DNA from: an uncultured Acidobacteriota bacterium
GTDB taxonomy: Bacteria > Acidobacteriota > UBA6911
Reading direction: 5' to 3'
Length of the DNA: 64,000 nt
Assembly (NCBI GenBank): GCA_963843575.1
Contig: CAWJKZ010000024.1
Coordinates: forward strand, 1-64,000
Both the position numbers and the translations under genes were made by a program. How positions within the stretch are numbered: the first letter of the stretch is position 1; the number at the start of each line of letters is the position of its first letter. The notes beneath the pieces are model-generated. The model saw only the letters and a program-made list of their open reading frames with translations, searched no databases and was not told where the DNA came from. Positions 40,733 through 52,604 of the stretch are shown here, one piece after another.

Positions 40733-42927
40733 CTAAAAGCCGGGGCCCAGAGAGAGGTAGAAGTTGAACCGGCCGCCTTCGCCCAAGCCGGCGGTGAGTC
40801 GGGCGGGTCCGAGCGCCGTATCGATGGAGAGCTCCCACGCCGGCGCCGTGGTACAGGGCGAACCGGTAGGGGGACGATTCCCGCACGCTCACGGCGGCGA
40901 CGTTGTAGGATCCCGTCAGGAAAATGCGCTTGGCGAAGCTGATCGGGCGGGCGAACATCTCGCGCCGATAGCTCAGCGAGGCGATCCCCAACTGGCGCGC
41001 CAGGAGTTCGTCGCGGCTGTACCCGAGCAACTGCCGCGGGCCGCCGTCGGAGAAGGTGAAGCCACCGACATAGAGGCTGTCATAAAACGGGATGTTTCCT
41101 TCCGTGTAGCCGGCGGTGCCGCGGAACGCCAGCGTCGATTTGCCGGTCAGCGGGAGAAAACGGTCGATATCGAGCTGCCATTTCCAGTAGTCGAAGTCGC
41201 TTCCCATCGACACACTCCTCCGGTCCATCTGAAACCGGAGGGACATGCCGTTGCTGGGGTACTCCTGGGCATCAAGCGTGTCTCGGTTGATCCGCAAGGT
41301 TAGGCCGGCAAGCTGCCGCGGGTCGGCCTGCAGGTTCGGCGAGGTGCCGCCGCGCACCGAGATGCGGTCCAGGCGGTAGCCGAATTCGACTTCCAGGCGT
41401 TTGAAGAAAGTGCCGCCCAGCATCAACTGTCCGCCGACACGCCGGTCGGTGTACTGGTCGATCGAGGTGATGGTCGCGCACGTCCATCCGTTCGCGGCGG
41501 CGCAGGTGCACCTTCGGCTCGACGTACAGGAAGGGTAGCGCCGGAGAGATGTAGCGGAGTGCCGGCGGAGTGGTTTTGCAGGCCTCCGAATTGGCTCGAA
41601 AGGGTGGCGCTCGAATAGCTGTTGAAGAGCTGTCGCGCCGTGATCTCGGCCAGGGCGACGAATTTGTAATCGTTGTCGTACCGGATGCTGGCGCCGAGCG
41701 TGTTTAGGGGCGATTCCTTCAGGATGTAGTTCAGCCGGTACTTGTCTTCGCCGACCGGTTCGAGGCTGCAGTCGACGCGATCGAACAGCCGGGTGGCATA
41801 GAGCCGGCTCAAGGTCCCTGTGCGAGCACCTCCGGCCTAGTTTCTGGCCCGTCCTGGTCCGGATGTCGTTCCGGAGTTGCCGCGCGGGCACGTTGTGGAG
41901 GCCCTGAAACGAAATGGCGGTCACGATCGCGGGGAGGGGGCTGGGGGCTCGGCCTGCGGGCTCGGAGCTTTCACGGCGAGCGAGCCGATGAGCCCTCTCA
42001 GGTCCGGGACACGGCGCTCGGCCCCGCGTTCGCCCCGTTTGAGGATCTCGCGGACGCGGGTGTAGTCGCTGTAGATGAACTCGTCCAGTTCCGGCCGGAT
42101 CACGACGTCGGCCAGCTTGCTGTTACCGTCGACCGACTGGCGCATGATCATGCTGATCGACTGGTCCATGACGTCGATGAACGTGCGGATGGCGTCCTTT
42201 TTCAGCAGCGGCGATGTGACGTCCACGGCGATGACGAAGTCGGCCCCCATGGACCGGGCGATGTCGGTCGGGAGGTTATTCACCAGCCCGCCGTCGACCA
42301 GCAGCATGTCCCCTTTTTCGACCGGGGTGAACAGCATCGGGATCGCGATCGACGCGCGCAGGGCTTCGGTCATGGGGCCGTCGCGAAAGATGTACTCCTT
42401 GCCGGTGATCAAGTCCGTGGCCACGGCCCGAAAGGGTATTGGCAGCCTGTCGAAGTCGTAGCGCGCCGCCAGCATGCGTTCCGTCGTGAGCGAGTTGAGG
42501 ATTTCCGTCAGCTTCTGACCGCTCCAGAGCCCGGTCGGCAGTTCCGGGCTGTACCCCTGGAACGCGAGCTGGCCCTGGTAGCGGAAATTCTTTCGCTCCA
42601 GCAAGGGGGAGAGGCGTCGGTCGGGCGCGTCGGAGAATACCCTGTCCCACTCCTGCTTGGTGAAAATGTCCTCGATCTGCGCGGCGCTGTAGCCGACCGC
42701 GTACAGGCCGCCGATCAGCGCGCCGAAGCTCGTGCCCGCGATGTAGTCGACGTGAATCCCTTCGCGTTCGAGCACCTTCAGGACGCCGATGTGGGCGGCC
42801 CCCCGCGCTCCTCCCCGCTCAGCGCGAGGCCGATTTTCCGCGGTGTCTCCGCCCTGGCGCAGGCGGGGATCAGCGCCAGGAGTGCGACGACAAGAAACAG
42901 CGTTTTGCGACCAGAATCCGTTTTCAC
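40733..42927 (-). CDS. Patatin phospholipase-POTRA-beta-barrel protein (PlpD-like), indel-split
   Basis: Signal peptide, GLALSG, GTSFG, DGG catalytic motifs, POTRA-like segment, C-terminal YLSLGPGF. Confidence 0.85.
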
Positions 42928-43093
42928 CGGGACTACCTCACGATGGCGGAATTCTACATCAGCAGGGTGGCGATTGAGGCCAGGATCGAGCGGGTGCGGC
43001 GGGGCGGAGTCGGCCGGGCGCGGCCCGGGATAGTCGGCGGTGACGCGGGCGGGACCGGTGCGCGACCCCGCCCGCGTTTTCAAGCGTCACTCC

Positions 43094-44260
43094 TCACTCG
43101 GCCCGACGGCGCCGGAAAGCCGGTTCGTCCAGGTTGTCCTTCATGCTGGAGACCCGGTAGTCCACCTTGTCGTGATCGAGGCCGGGTACCCGGAGCGGGG
43201 CATCGTTCAAGGGGACGACGTTGCCGGCAGGGCGGCCGAATTCGTTCTTCGGCCTCTCCTGGGCGTTCTGGTTAAAGCCGGTGGCGATCACCGTGATCTT
43301 CATCCTGTCGCCCATCGTTTGATCGTAGACGGCCCCGAAGATCGTGTCCTCGCTGTTGGCGGCTTCCTGGATGATCTTGGCCGCGGCATCGACCTCGTGC
43401 AGCCTGAGGCTGTCCCGGGTGGCGGTGATGTTGATGAGCACCCCCTTGGCGCCCCGGATCGAGGTTTCTTCCAGCAGCGGGCTGGATATCGCGCGTTGCG
43501 CCGCTTCGACCGCGCGGTCCACGCCTTCCGCGGTTCCAGTCCCCATGAGCGCCATGCCCTTGCCGACCATGATGGTCCGCACGTCGGCGAAGTCGACGTT
43601 CATGATCCCGGGCATGGTGATGATGTCCGAGATCCCCTGGACGGCCTGGCAGAGGACGTCGTCGGCGTACTGGAAGGAGCCCTCGAGCAGCGACTCGGAT
43701 TCCATGGCGTAGAGCAGCCGCTCGTTGGGGATCGTGATCAGGGTATCGACCACTTCCTTGAGTTCCCGGATCCCCTCCTCGGCCAGCAATTGTCGTCTCT
43801 TACCCTCGAAGGCGAACGGTTTGGTCACGACGCCGACCACGAGGGCGCCGAGTTCGGAGGCCAGGCTGGCGACGATGGGGGAACCGCCGGTGCCGGTGCC
43901 CTTGCCCATCCCGGCGGTGACGAAAACCATGTCGGCGCCGTCGAGCAGCTCGATGATGCGTTCGGTGTCTTCGAGCGCCGCCTGGCGGCCGCGCTCGGGC
44001 ACGGCGCCGCAGCCGAGCCCGTTGGTGAGCTTGGCGCCGAGCTGCACTTTGATCGGGGCCAGCGAACTCCGCAGCGCCTGCAGGTCGGTGTTGGCCGCGA
44101 TGAATTCCACACCTTCGATTTTGTTCTGGATCATGCGGTTGACGGCGTTGCCGCCGGCGCCGCCGATCCCGATGACCTTGATCTTTGCCGGTGGCTGGCG
44201 GTCCTCGTCGAACTTGAACCGCGCCGCCTCTTCGTCAAACCGCAATTTATCCGTCTGCAT
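43094..44260 (-). CDS. ftsZ: Cell division protein FtsZ
   Basis: [25 protein letters not shown]. Confidence 0.97.
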   Translation of the reverse strand: MQTDKLRFDEEAARFKFDEDRQPPAKIKVIGIGGAGGNAVNRMIQNKIEGVEFIAANTDLQALRSSLAPIKVQLGAKLTNGLGCGAVPERGRQAALEDTERIIELLDGADMVFVTAGMGKGTGTGGSPIVASLASELGALVVGVVTKPFAFEGKRRQLLAEEGIRELKEVVDTLITIPNERLLYAMESESLLEGSFQYADDVLCQAVQGISDIITMPGIMNVDFADVRTIMVGKGMALMGTGTAEGVDRAVEAAQRAISSPLLEETSIRGAKGVLINITATRDSLRLHEVDAAAKIIQEAANSEDTIFGAVYDQTMGDRMKITVIATGFNQNAQERPKNEFGRPAGNVVPLNDAPLRVPGLDHDKVDYRVSSMKDNLDEPAFRRRRAE

Positions 44261-44284
44261 CCGTCCCTCCTTGTATGACTTCGT

Positions 44285-45521
44285 CTAGCTTCCGATCCAA
44301 GACAAGAAACGATTCACGAATCGCCGTGATCCCGCTTTGCCCGGCTGCTTGTTCCGGTCCCCGCTGTCCTGGGCGCCGAGCAGGGCCAACCCGATCGCCG
44401 TGGCGTACACCGGGTGGGACAGCTCCTCCGTCAAACCCTGCACCCCGTAAGGCAGTCCCTGGCGGACGGGCAACTCGAGCGTCTTCTCGGCCAGTTCCAG
44501 CATGCCGCCCAGCATGCTCCCTCCGCCGGTGAGAACGATCCCGCCCACCAGCTGGTCGCGGTCTCCGCCGCGCTCGAGCTGGGCCTTGACGAGTTCGAGC
44601 AGTTCCACGCCGCGGTCGCAGAGTATCTGGCAGGCGGACTGGCGCGAGGCCTGCCGCGGCTCGCCGGTTCCCACTGCCGGTATGTCGACCAGTCTCGTCC
44701 GCCGCGATCGCCTCGAAGACGACGCTCCCGAATTCCTTCTTGATGCGTTCCGCGTCCTCGACCGGGGTGCGCAGCCCCACGGCCAGGTCGCGGGTGAAAT
44801 GGGCGCCCCCAACCGGGAGAACCGAGGTGAAGCGGATCGCAGTTGCGCGCAAACAGGGCGATGTCGGTCGTCCCGCCGCCGATGTCGACGACGCCGTGCC
44901 CAGCTCCTTCTCGTCGCGGGTGAGGACCGACTCGGCGCTCGCCAGTTGCTGAAGGATGACCTTGCCCGACACGCATCTGCGCATGGTTCACCGCGTTGAT
45001 GACGTTCTGGTTCAGCGCGCTGTCGCACGTGACCACGTGGATGTTGACGTCCAGCCGCGAGCCGGTCAGCCCGACCGGGTTCTGGATCTCACCGCGGCTG
45101 TCGAGGAAGTACTCCTGGGGCAGCACGTGGATGATCTCGCGGCCGGCCGGGATCGGGATCGACTGGGCCGCCTGCGACGACCTGCTCCATGTCCCTCTGG
45201 GTCACCTCCTGGTGCTTCCCCTCGATCGAGACCGCGCCATGGCAGTTGTAGCTCTGGATGTGATCGCCGGAAATCCCGACGGTCACCCAGTCGACGGAAA
45301 TACCGGCCTTCTGCTCCGCCTCGTCGGCCGCCTTGCGGATGGATGCCGCGGCCTCCTCCAGGTCCACCACGACTCCCTTGCGCAGTCCGCCCGATTCGGC
45401 GTAGCCGGTCGAGATCACCTCGATCGGCTGGTCCGGGCACCGCGCGCGCGATCAGCATGCAGATCTTGGTCGTCCCGATGTCGAGTCCGCAGACGATTCG
45501 TTCTTTCTTGCTCACGTTCAC
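44285..45521 (-). CDS. ftsA: Cell division protein FtsA (indel-split)
   Basis: GLDIGTTK, DIGGGTT, AERIK, GIVLTGGG, YATAIGL. Confidence 0.93.
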
Positions 45522-45545
45522 CTTCGCGGATGCATCCCTGCCCCT

Positions 45546-46452
45546 TCAGGGCTGTGCTTCCGTGGCCTCGGCCTGCCGCGTGCGGAACACGATCTGCCCC
45601 TCGTTGCGCAGGTCCACCGAGCTGATTTCCTCGTACTGGGTTTTGATTTCCCGATACTGCGTCATGTTGGACATCAGGGTCCGGAATCTCTTCAGAAAAT
45701 CGTGATCTCCGAGAAGAATCTCAGCCGACTCGTCGACGAGCAGGATCTTGACGTTGGCCTTGTCCGAGAGGTCCACTTCGGACAGTTCGTTGGTGAAAGC
45801 CGAGGACCCCGACTCGAGCTCGGCCAGCAACTTCAGCCCGAGCTTGATCCTTTCGGCGTTTTCCTGCTGGTACAGGCGGTAGCCCTCGGCATTTGCGCCG
45901 AGGACCCCCTTGAAAATGGGGACGTGGAGCCTGCCGAATTTCGGGTCGTACCTGTCGAGCAGGATGCCCTCGGCGTCCGCGATCATCTGCTCTCCCCGCT
46001 ATTTCGAGCACGACGGCCGGGACGCGCTCCTCGACGTACACGACCAGGTCCGAGGGGAGCACGCGCCGTATCTCGGCCCGGCGGACCCACGGTTCCTGCT
46101 CGAGCCGCTCGCGCACCCGGTAGAGGTCGATCCGGAGTGTCTGGGCGGAGAAATTGTCGCGAACGATCGCCGCGAGTTTCTGGGCGTCTGCCCGGGTGCA
46201 CCCCTGGATCGTGACGTCGCGCAGCGAAAGCCGTTCCGACGTGAGCGTGAACACGCCCAGCGAGACGAGAAGTGCGGCTGCGAGCGCCAGGACGGCAACC
46301 TTACCCAGGAGGCGCACGGCCCGCAGGGCCAGGCGGCTCGCCCCGGGTCCCTTCCGAACCTTCTGCGGCGCCGGCCGGCGCAGGTAGCGGCTTTTTTCCT
46401 GCGGCGGCGCAGCCTCCGCGGCTTCTTTCTCCCGTGTCGTTCTTATCTCCAT
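45546..46452 (-). CDS. ftsQ: Cell division protein FtsQ (frameshift near 45995)
   Basis: Single TM helix, POTRA (PWVRRAEIRRVLP), VDLR C-terminus, position before ftsA. Confidence 0.88.
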
Positions 46453-46485
46453 AGACAACCCAACCACTGTGCGGCGCCCGCTGGA

Positions 46486-47856
46486 TCAGCGGGACTGCTT
46501 ATCCACGAACGCGTCGCCGACCTTCCACACGTCTCCGGCGCCGAGCGTGATCAGCAGGTCTCCCGGCTTGAGCCTGTTGCGCAGCATCTCTTGGGCGGCC
46601 GCGATGCTCTCGACATAGGAGACGTCCCGGTGCCCGAAATCTTTGACATCCCGGGCCAGCCGTTCCGCCGTGACCCCCGGGATCGGGTCCTCGCCGGCCG
46701 CATAGATCGGCAGCACCACCAGCACGTCGGCGTGATAGAACGCGCGGGCGAACTCGGCCCTGAGCGCCTCGGTCCGGGTGTAGCGGTGCGGCTGGAACAC
46801 GGCGACGATGCGGCGGTCGCAGGCCCCACGGGCTGCTTTCAGGGTCGCCATGATCTCCGCCGGGTGGTGGCCATAATCGTCGACCACGAGTACGCCGTCC
46901 TTCTCGCCTTTGACCTGGAACCGGCGGTCCGCGTTCTGGAATTCCGCCAGGCCCGCAGCGATCTTTTCGAACGGGATGTCCAGTTCGAGGGCGACTGCGA
47001 CGGCGGCGAGGGAGTTCAGCACGCCGTGCTGGCCGGGCACCTGCAGCCGGATCGAGCCGAGCGGGTTGCCCCGGCACCGCACCGAGTAGGACGACCCGAA
47101 GTCCTTGAACTCCACGTGCGCAGCCGACACGTCCGCCTGGCCGCTGGTGCCGTAGGACACGATCCGGCGCTGCACCCTGGGGAGCACCGCCTGGACGAAC
47201 GGATCGTCCAGGCACAACACCGCCGCCCCGTAAAACGGGACCTTGTTGACGAAGGTCACGAACGCGGACTGGATCTCCTCCAGGTCGGTGTAGTGATCGA
47301 GATGCTCCCGGTCGATGTTGGTGACCACCGCGATCGTCGGGCTCAGTTTCAGGAAAGAGCCGTCGCTCTCGTCCGCCTCGAGCACGATGAAGTCGCCCCG
47401 GCCCAGCTTGGCGTTGCTGCCGAAGGCGTTCAGCCTGCCTCCGATGACGGCGGTGGGGTCGTACCCGGCGTGAACCAGCACGGTGGCGATCATCGAGGTC
47501 GTCGTCGTTTTCCCGTGCGCCCCGGCGATAGCGATGCTGTACTTGAGGCGCGCCAGCTCCGCGAGCATCTCGGCGCGGGGGATTACCGGGATTGGGCGGC
47601 GCTTGGCTGCCGCCACCTCCGGGTTGTCCGGCCGGACCGCCGAGGAGACCACGACGACGTCGGCTCTCTCCACGTTCGCCGCCGCGTGCCCCGCGAACAC
47701 GGTCGCGCCGAGCGCCGCGAGACGGTCGGTGATGGGGCTGCGCCGCGCGTCGGAGCCGGTGACCTCGTACCCGAGGTTGAGCAGAAGCTCGGCGATGCCG
47801 CTCATCCCGATGCCCCCGATCCCGACGAAGTGTATGGTCCTGATTTTCTTGAACAA
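46486..47856 (-). CDS. murC: UDP-N-acetylmuramate--L-alanine ligase
   Basis: [36 protein letters not shown]. Confidence 0.96.
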   Translation of the reverse strand: MFKKIRTIHFVGIGGIGMSGIAELLLNLGYEVTGSDARRSPITDRLAALGATVFAGHAAANVERADVVVVSSAVRPDNPEVAAAKRRPIPVIPRAEMLAELARLKYSIAIAGAHGKTTTTSMIATVLVHAGYDPTAVIGGRLNAFGSNAKLGRGDFIVLEADESDGSFLKLSPTIAVVTNIDREHLDHYTDLEEIQSAFVTFVNKVPFYGAAVLCLDDPFVQAVLPRVQRRIVSYGTSGQADVSAAHVEFKDFGSSYSVRCRGNPLGSIRLQVPGQHGVLNSLAAVAVALELDIPFEKIAAGLAEFQNADRRFQVKGEKDGVLVVDDYGHHPAEIMATLKAARGACDRRIVAVFQPHRYTRTEALRAEFARAFYHADVLVVLPIYAAGEDPIPGVTAERLARDVKDFGHRDVSYVESIAAAQEMLRNRLKPGDLLITLGAGDVWKVGDAFVDKQSR

Positions 47857-47870
47857 CGTCGCCTCGCGAC

Positions 47871-48962
47871 TCAAAGTCCGGTGATCATGTCGGCGATGGC
47901 GCAGGCCGCGTCCGGCTTCGCCAGCGCGCGTGCCGCCTCCGCCATTTTTCCCATTTCCTGCGGGTGATCCCGAAAGTAGCCGATTTCCCGGGCCAGTCTC
48001 CCGGCTCCCCAATCGGTTTCCGGTATCATCCGCGCGGCCCCGTACCGCTCGAGGGCCCGGGCGTTCTTGGTCTGGTGGTCGTCCGCCGCCCCGGGGAAGG
48101 GCACCAGGATCGCCGGCCTTCCCGCGACAGTGAGTTCGGCTATGGTGCCGGCTCCCGCGCGCGACAGGACGAGGTCGGCCCGGGAGAGTTCCTCGTAGAT
48201 AGCCGGCAGGAAAGGCCGGACCTCCGAGTCAAGCCCGGCGTCCGCGTGCGCCTGCCGGACCTGTTCGTACTCGCGCTCCCCAGTCTGGTGGATCAGGTGC
48301 AGGGCCACTCCGAAGGCCTTCAGCTCCGGCAGTGCGTCGCACACGATCCGGTTCAGCGCGTGGCTCCCCTGGCTCCCGCCGTATACCAGCAGGGTCAACG
48401 TGGCGCCCGGCGCCCGGCGCGGTATGGCCGCGAACTCCCGCCGCACCGGGATCCCGGTCACGACCCCCTTTTCGCCGAAGTAGTTGCCGACCTCGGGGAG
48501 TGCCAGGGCGGCCGCGTCGACGATACGCGCCAGCAGGCGGTTGGTCAATCCGGGATGTGCGTTTGGTTCCACCACCAGGGTACGGCGACGCGCAAGCCAG
48601 GCGGCGAGGACGACCGGGCCCGAAGCGTAGCCGCCCACCCCCACGACGACGTCGGGGCCGAATTCGCGCAGCACGCGTCGCGACTGCACCAGGCTGCGCG
48701 GCACCAGCAGCAGACTGCGGAGCCGCTTCATGGACCTCATCCCCTTGAGTCCCGCCGATTCGATGAACGCAATTTCAAACCCCTCGCCGGGCACGATGCG
48801 GGCTTCGAGCCCGCGACGGGTTCCGACAAAGAGCACCGGGCACGCCGGTGCGCGCCGCCGCAGTTCCCGCGCCAGTGCGACCGCGAGGTACACGTGACCG
48901 CCGGTGCCGCCGCCCGCGAACATCACCCTCACGTTCCGTCCAGCCCCGGGCGCGCCCTTCAC
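47871..48962 (-). CDS. murG: MurG N-acetylglucosaminyl transferase
   Basis: GGGTGGH, GGYAS, GGSQG, RAGA, HQTKNA. Confidence 0.96.
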   Translation of the reverse strand: MKGAPGAGRNVRVMFAGGGTGGHVYLAVALARELRRRAPACPVLFVGTRRGLEARIVPGEGFEIAFIESAGLKGMRSMKRLRSLLLVPRSLVQSRRVLREFGPDVVVGVGGYASGPVVLAAWLARRRTLVVEPNAHPGLTNRLLARIVDAAALALPEVGNYFGEKGVVTGIPVRREFAAIPRRAPGATLTLLVYGGSQGSHALNRIVCDALPELKAFGVALHLIHQTGEREYEQVRQAHADAGLDSEVRPFLPAIYEELSRADLVLSRAGAGTIAELTVAGRPAILVPFPGAADDHQTKNARALERYGAARMIPETDWGAGRLAREIGYFRDHPQEMGKMAEAARALAKPDAACAIADMITGL

Positions 48963-50068
48963 TCCGACTCCAGCGCGGCCGCGTCGCCGTGGCGCGAGAT
49001 GTTGAGCAGCACGCCGGTGGCCAGCAGGTTCATGAGCAGGGAGCTTCCACCCTGGCTCAGGAAGGGGAGAGCGATCCCCTTGGTCGGGATGAGGGAAAGC
49101 ACCATGGAGATGTTGATGAGCGCCTGCAGGACCACCATGGCCGTGATCCCCATCCCCAGATAGAATCCAAACCTGTCGGGCGCCTTCAGACTGATCTTCA
49201 TCCCGCGGTAGAAAAAGAGGACAAAGGCTGCCGTGACCAGGAGCGTGCCGATCAGTCCCAGTTCCTCCCCGATCACGGCAAAGATGAAGTCGCTGTGCGC
49301 CAGCGGCAGGAAAAAGAGCTTCTGCTTGCTTCCCCCCAACCCGAGCCCGAGGAACCCGCCGCTGCCGATCGCGGTGAGCGACTGGATGGTCTGCCAGCCG
49401 GAACCCAGGGGGTCCTGGAACGGGTTCAGGAACGCGCGCACGCGTTCCCAGCGGTAGTGCACCAGCACCACGAAAAAGTAAAAGGCCGGCACGCAAAGCA
49501 CCACTGCCGAGGCGATGTACTTCCAGCTCAGGCCGGCCACAAACAGCAAGACGACCGCGATGGAGACGACGCAGAACGCCTGGCCTAGGTCGGGTTCCAG
49601 GGCGATGAGCCCCGCGAACAGCAGCACGACCGCCAGGCAGGGCAGGAGACGCCTGACAAAGCTGTTGATTTCGCCGGCGTAGCGGTGGAGAAACCCCGCC
49701 AGGAACATCAGCAGGACCAGTTTGGCCATCTCGGAGGGTTGAAACGACATCGGGCCGCGCAGCCAGCGGTGCGACCCGTTGATCCGGGGCTGCGTAAAGA
49801 CAAACAGCAGGCTCACCAGGCTCACCAGCAGGAGGACAGCAATCAGCTTCCGCTTCTGCCACAGGTGGTAGTCGACGTTCATCAGAATGACCATGGCCAG
49901 ATAGCCGAAGCCCGCGCAGGCGAGCTGCCGGACAAAGTAGTACGACGACATGCCGTGCTTCGAGGACGCCATCACCGACGACGCGCTGTAGACCATCAGG
50001 AGCCCGAAGACCGTCAGCAGGCTGGTCACGATGAGGAGCGTGCGATCATTGCCGGCCCTGTATGCCAC
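48959..50068 (-). CDS. ftsW: Peptidoglycan polymerase FtsW
   Basis: MVYSAS, FQPSE.AK, PDLG, HSDFIF, LPFLSQGGSS. Confidence 0.95.
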   Translation of the reverse strand: MAYRAGNDRTLLIVTSLLTVFGLLMVYSASSVMASSKHGMSSYYFVRQLACAGFGYLAMVILMNVDYHLWQKRKLIAVLLLVSLVSLLFVFTQPRINGSHRWLRGPMSFQPSEMAKLVLLMFLAGFLHRYAGEINSFVRRLLPCLAVVLLFAGLIALEPDLGQAFCVVSIAVVLLFVAGLSWKYIASAVVLCVPAFYFFVVLVHYRWERVRAFLNPFQDPLGSGWQTIQSLTAIGSGGFLGLGLGGSKQKLFFLPLAHSDFIFAVIGEELGLIGTLLVTAAFVLFFYRGMKISLKAPDRFGFYLGMGITAMVVLQALINISMVLSLIPTKGIALPFLSQGGSSLLMNLLATGVLLNISRHGDAAALESE

Positions 50069-50072
50069 GCCG

Positions 50073-51464
50073 TCATTTCTCCGTTGCGAGCGCGCGCACC
50101 GCGTCCTTGAAGACGCGGCCGCGGTGTTCGTAATTGTCGAACATGTCGTAACTGGCGCACGCAGGCGCCAGCAACACGATGTCTCCGGGTCGCGCGTGCG
50201 CATGGCACACGGAGACCGCTTCGGGCAGGCTCGACGCCGCGTGCAGCTCCGTCGCCCCGGCGAGCGCCTCGCGCAGCTTCCCCGCCGCCTCCCCAATCAG
50301 CACGGCCTCCCGCACACGGCGTCGGACGGCGGGCAACAGCGTGGTGAAGTCGGCGCCCTTGTCCCTGCCGCCGGCGATCAGGTGAATCCCGCCCGGGAAG
50401 GATTCCAGCGACTTGATGGCCGCATCCACGTTGGTGGCCTTCGAGTCATTGAAGTACTGCACGCCGGCGATGTCGGCCACCCACTCCATGCGGTGTTCCA
50501 CCCCCGCGAAGCCCCGGATGGTCTCTCGCAGCGCGTCCGCGCGGGCCCCTGCCACGAGGGCGAGCGCACAGGCCGCCAGCACGTTCTCCAGGTTGTGTCC
50601 CCCCTTGACGGCGACGTCCTCGAGTGCGAACAGCGGCTGCTCGCGCCCCTCCAGGTCGCGGAAGAACAACCGGCCGGCGTGCACGAAGGTCCCGGCCGCC
50701 GGTTCCGTCGTCCGGCTGAACCACATCGGTTGCGAGGGCACCCGCGACGCGAGCGCGGCGGTCCGGGGATCGTCCCGGTTCAACAGCGCCACGTCGCAGG
50801 GATGCTGATTCAGGAAGACCCGCTCCTTTGCCCGGACGTAGGCGTCGAAATCCGGGTAGCGGTCGAGGTGATCCGGGGTGAGGTTCAGGACGGCCGCCGC
50901 ATGCGGCCGGAAGCGGTCGATCGATTCGAGTTGAAAACTCGACAGCTCGACGGCGTAGATGTCCTCGGGCGTGGACTCCTCGGCCAGGCTGATCAGCGGC
51001 ACGCCGATGTTGCCGGCGGCGTGCCCCTTCAGCCCGGACCCGCGCAGGAGTTCGGCCGCGAGGGTCGTGGTGGTCGTCTTGCCGTTGGATCCGGTGATCC
51101 CGAGCACGGTGCCGCTCAGGTGCCGCCACGCGAGCTCGACCTCGCCTATGATCGGGATGCCCGCGCGACGGCTGAGGTCGAACAGCCCCATGCTCAGGGG
51201 GACGCCCGGGCTTTCCACCACCAGGTGGCAGTGCTCAAAGGCTTCCGGGTCATGGCGGCCGAGATCCAGCCTCAGGCGCCCGGCCGACTCCGGGAGCGCC
51301 TCGAGCTGCGCGACAGTGCCTTCGAGCTTGTCCCTGGTCTTCGTGTCGGTGAGGACGACCCGGGCTCCGCGGGACAGGAGGAAACGCGCCACGGCGATGC
51401 CGCTGCGCGCGGCGCCGACCACCAGGACCGTCATCCCCGAGTACTCCTGCCCTGCTGCCGTCAT
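50073..51464 (-). CDS. murD: UDP-MurNAc-L-Ala--D-glutamate ligase
   Basis: GSNGKTT, ELSSFQL, DHLDRY, NDSKATN, PACAS. Confidence 0.96.
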   Translation of the reverse strand: MTAAGQEYSGMTVLVVGAARSGIAVARFLLSRGARVVLTDTKTRDKLEGTVAQLEALPESAGRLRLDLGRHDPEAFEHCHLVVESPGVPLSMGLFDLSRRAGIPIIGEVELAWRHLSGTVLGITGSNGKTTTTTLAAELLRGSGLKGHAAGNIGVPLISLAEESTPEDIYAVELSSFQLESIDRFRPHAAAVLNLTPDHLDRYPDFDAYVRAKERVFLNQHPCDVALLNRDDPRTAALASRVPSQPMWFSRTTEPAAGTFVHAGRLFFRDLEGREQPLFALEDVAVKGGHNLENVLAACALALVAGARADALRETIRGFAGVEHRMEWVADIAGVQYFNDSKATNVDAAIKSLESFPGGIHLIAGGRDKGADFTTLLPAVRRRVREAVLIGEAAGKLREALAGATELHAASSLPEAVSVCHAHARPGDIVLLAPACASYDMFDNYEHRGRVFKDAVRALATEK

Positions 51465-51488
51465 AGCTCCTGCTTCGCCGGCCGCGCC

Positions 51489-52604
51489 CTAGCGCAGCTT
51501 CAGCGTCGATAGGCTGAACAACGCGAAGAATATCGCCACGATCCAAAACCGGATGACGACTTGGTTCTCGTCCCACCCGGCGAGTTCGAAATGGTGATGA
51601 AGGGGGGCCATCCTGAAGATCCGCCGGCCTGTGAACTTGAAGGAGGCGACCTGCAGGATGACCGAGAGCCCCTCGATGACGAACACGCCGCCGATCATCG
51701 GCAGCATCAGTTCCTGTTTGATCAGAACAGCCACGGTGCCGATCGCGCCACCCAGGGCCAGAGAGCCCACGTCGCCCATGAAGACCTGGGCCGGGTGCGC
51801 GTTATACCAGAGGAAGCCCATCGTGGCCCCGACCATCGATCCGCAAAAAATGGTGAGTTCGGCCGCGTAGCTGTTCTTGATGAGGTCCAGGTATTCGGCG
51901 AAGCGGACGTGGCCACTCACGTAGCAAAGCACGGTCAGCGCCGCCGACGCGACGATCACGCAGCCGGCCGCCAGCCCGTCGAGCCCGTCGGTGAGGTTGA
52001 CCGAGTTGGACGACCCCACGATGATGAAGACCACGAAAAACGCCAGCGGGAAGGTGATCGGCAGCCACCAGACGTGCCAGAGGCCGAGTTCGGGCGTGAA
52101 GTTCTTGACGAAGGGCACGCTCAATTCGGAGTTGTAGAGTCCCACGCTCGACAGGTAGTAGAGGGCGACGCAAACCCCGAGGCTGGTGAGGGTCTGGTAG
52201 AGAATCTTTGCGCGTGCGGTCATGCCGAGGGACCGCTTCCGGGCAATCTTCGAATAATCGTCCACAAACCCGATCACGCCGAAGCAAAACGTGGCGGAGA
52301 CCGCAACCCACACGTAGAGGTTGCTGACGTCGCTCCACAGCAGCGTGGGGATGAGGATCCCCACGACGATGAGGATGCCCCCCATCGTCGGGGTGCCCGC
52401 CTTGCTGAGGTGCGACGAGGGTCCGTCGGAACGGATCTGCTGGCCGATCTGGAACTGCCGCAGCCGCCTGATCAACCACGGGCCGAGCACGAGACTGATG
52501 AACAGCGCCGTGATGCCCGCCGCCGCCGTCCGGAACGTGACGTAGCGGAAGACGCGGAAGGGTGGTATCCACTCGTGCACCCAGTAGAGGAAGTAGTACA
52601 GCAT
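51489..52604 (-). CDS. mraY: Phospho-N-acetylmuramoyl-pentapeptide transferase
   Basis: KAGTPTMGG, NLTDGLDGLA, FMGDVGS, APLHHHFE. Confidence 0.96.
   Translation of the reverse strand: MLYYFLYWVHEWIPPFRVFRYVTFRTAAAGITALFISLVLGPWLIRRLRQFQIGQQIRSDGPSSHLSKAGTPTMGGILIVVGILIPTLLWSDVSNLYVWVAVSATFCFGVIGFVDDYSKIARKRSLGMTARAKILYQTLTSLGVCVALYYLSSVGLYNSELSVPFVKNFTPELGLWHVWWLPITFPLAFFVVFIIVGSSNSVNLTDGLDGLAAGCVIVASAALTVLCYVSGHVRFAEYLDLIKNSYAAELTIFCGSMVGATMGFLWYNAHPAQVFMGDVGSLALGGAIGTVAVLIKQELMLPMIGGVFVIEGLSVILQVASFKFTGRRIFRMAPLHHHFELAGWDENQVVIRFWIVAIFFALFSLSTLKLR

Noticed and set aside
45546-47856. murB and ddl missing between murC and ftsQ
   Set aside because: Common lineage-level variation of the dcw cluster; the genes are probably elsewhere
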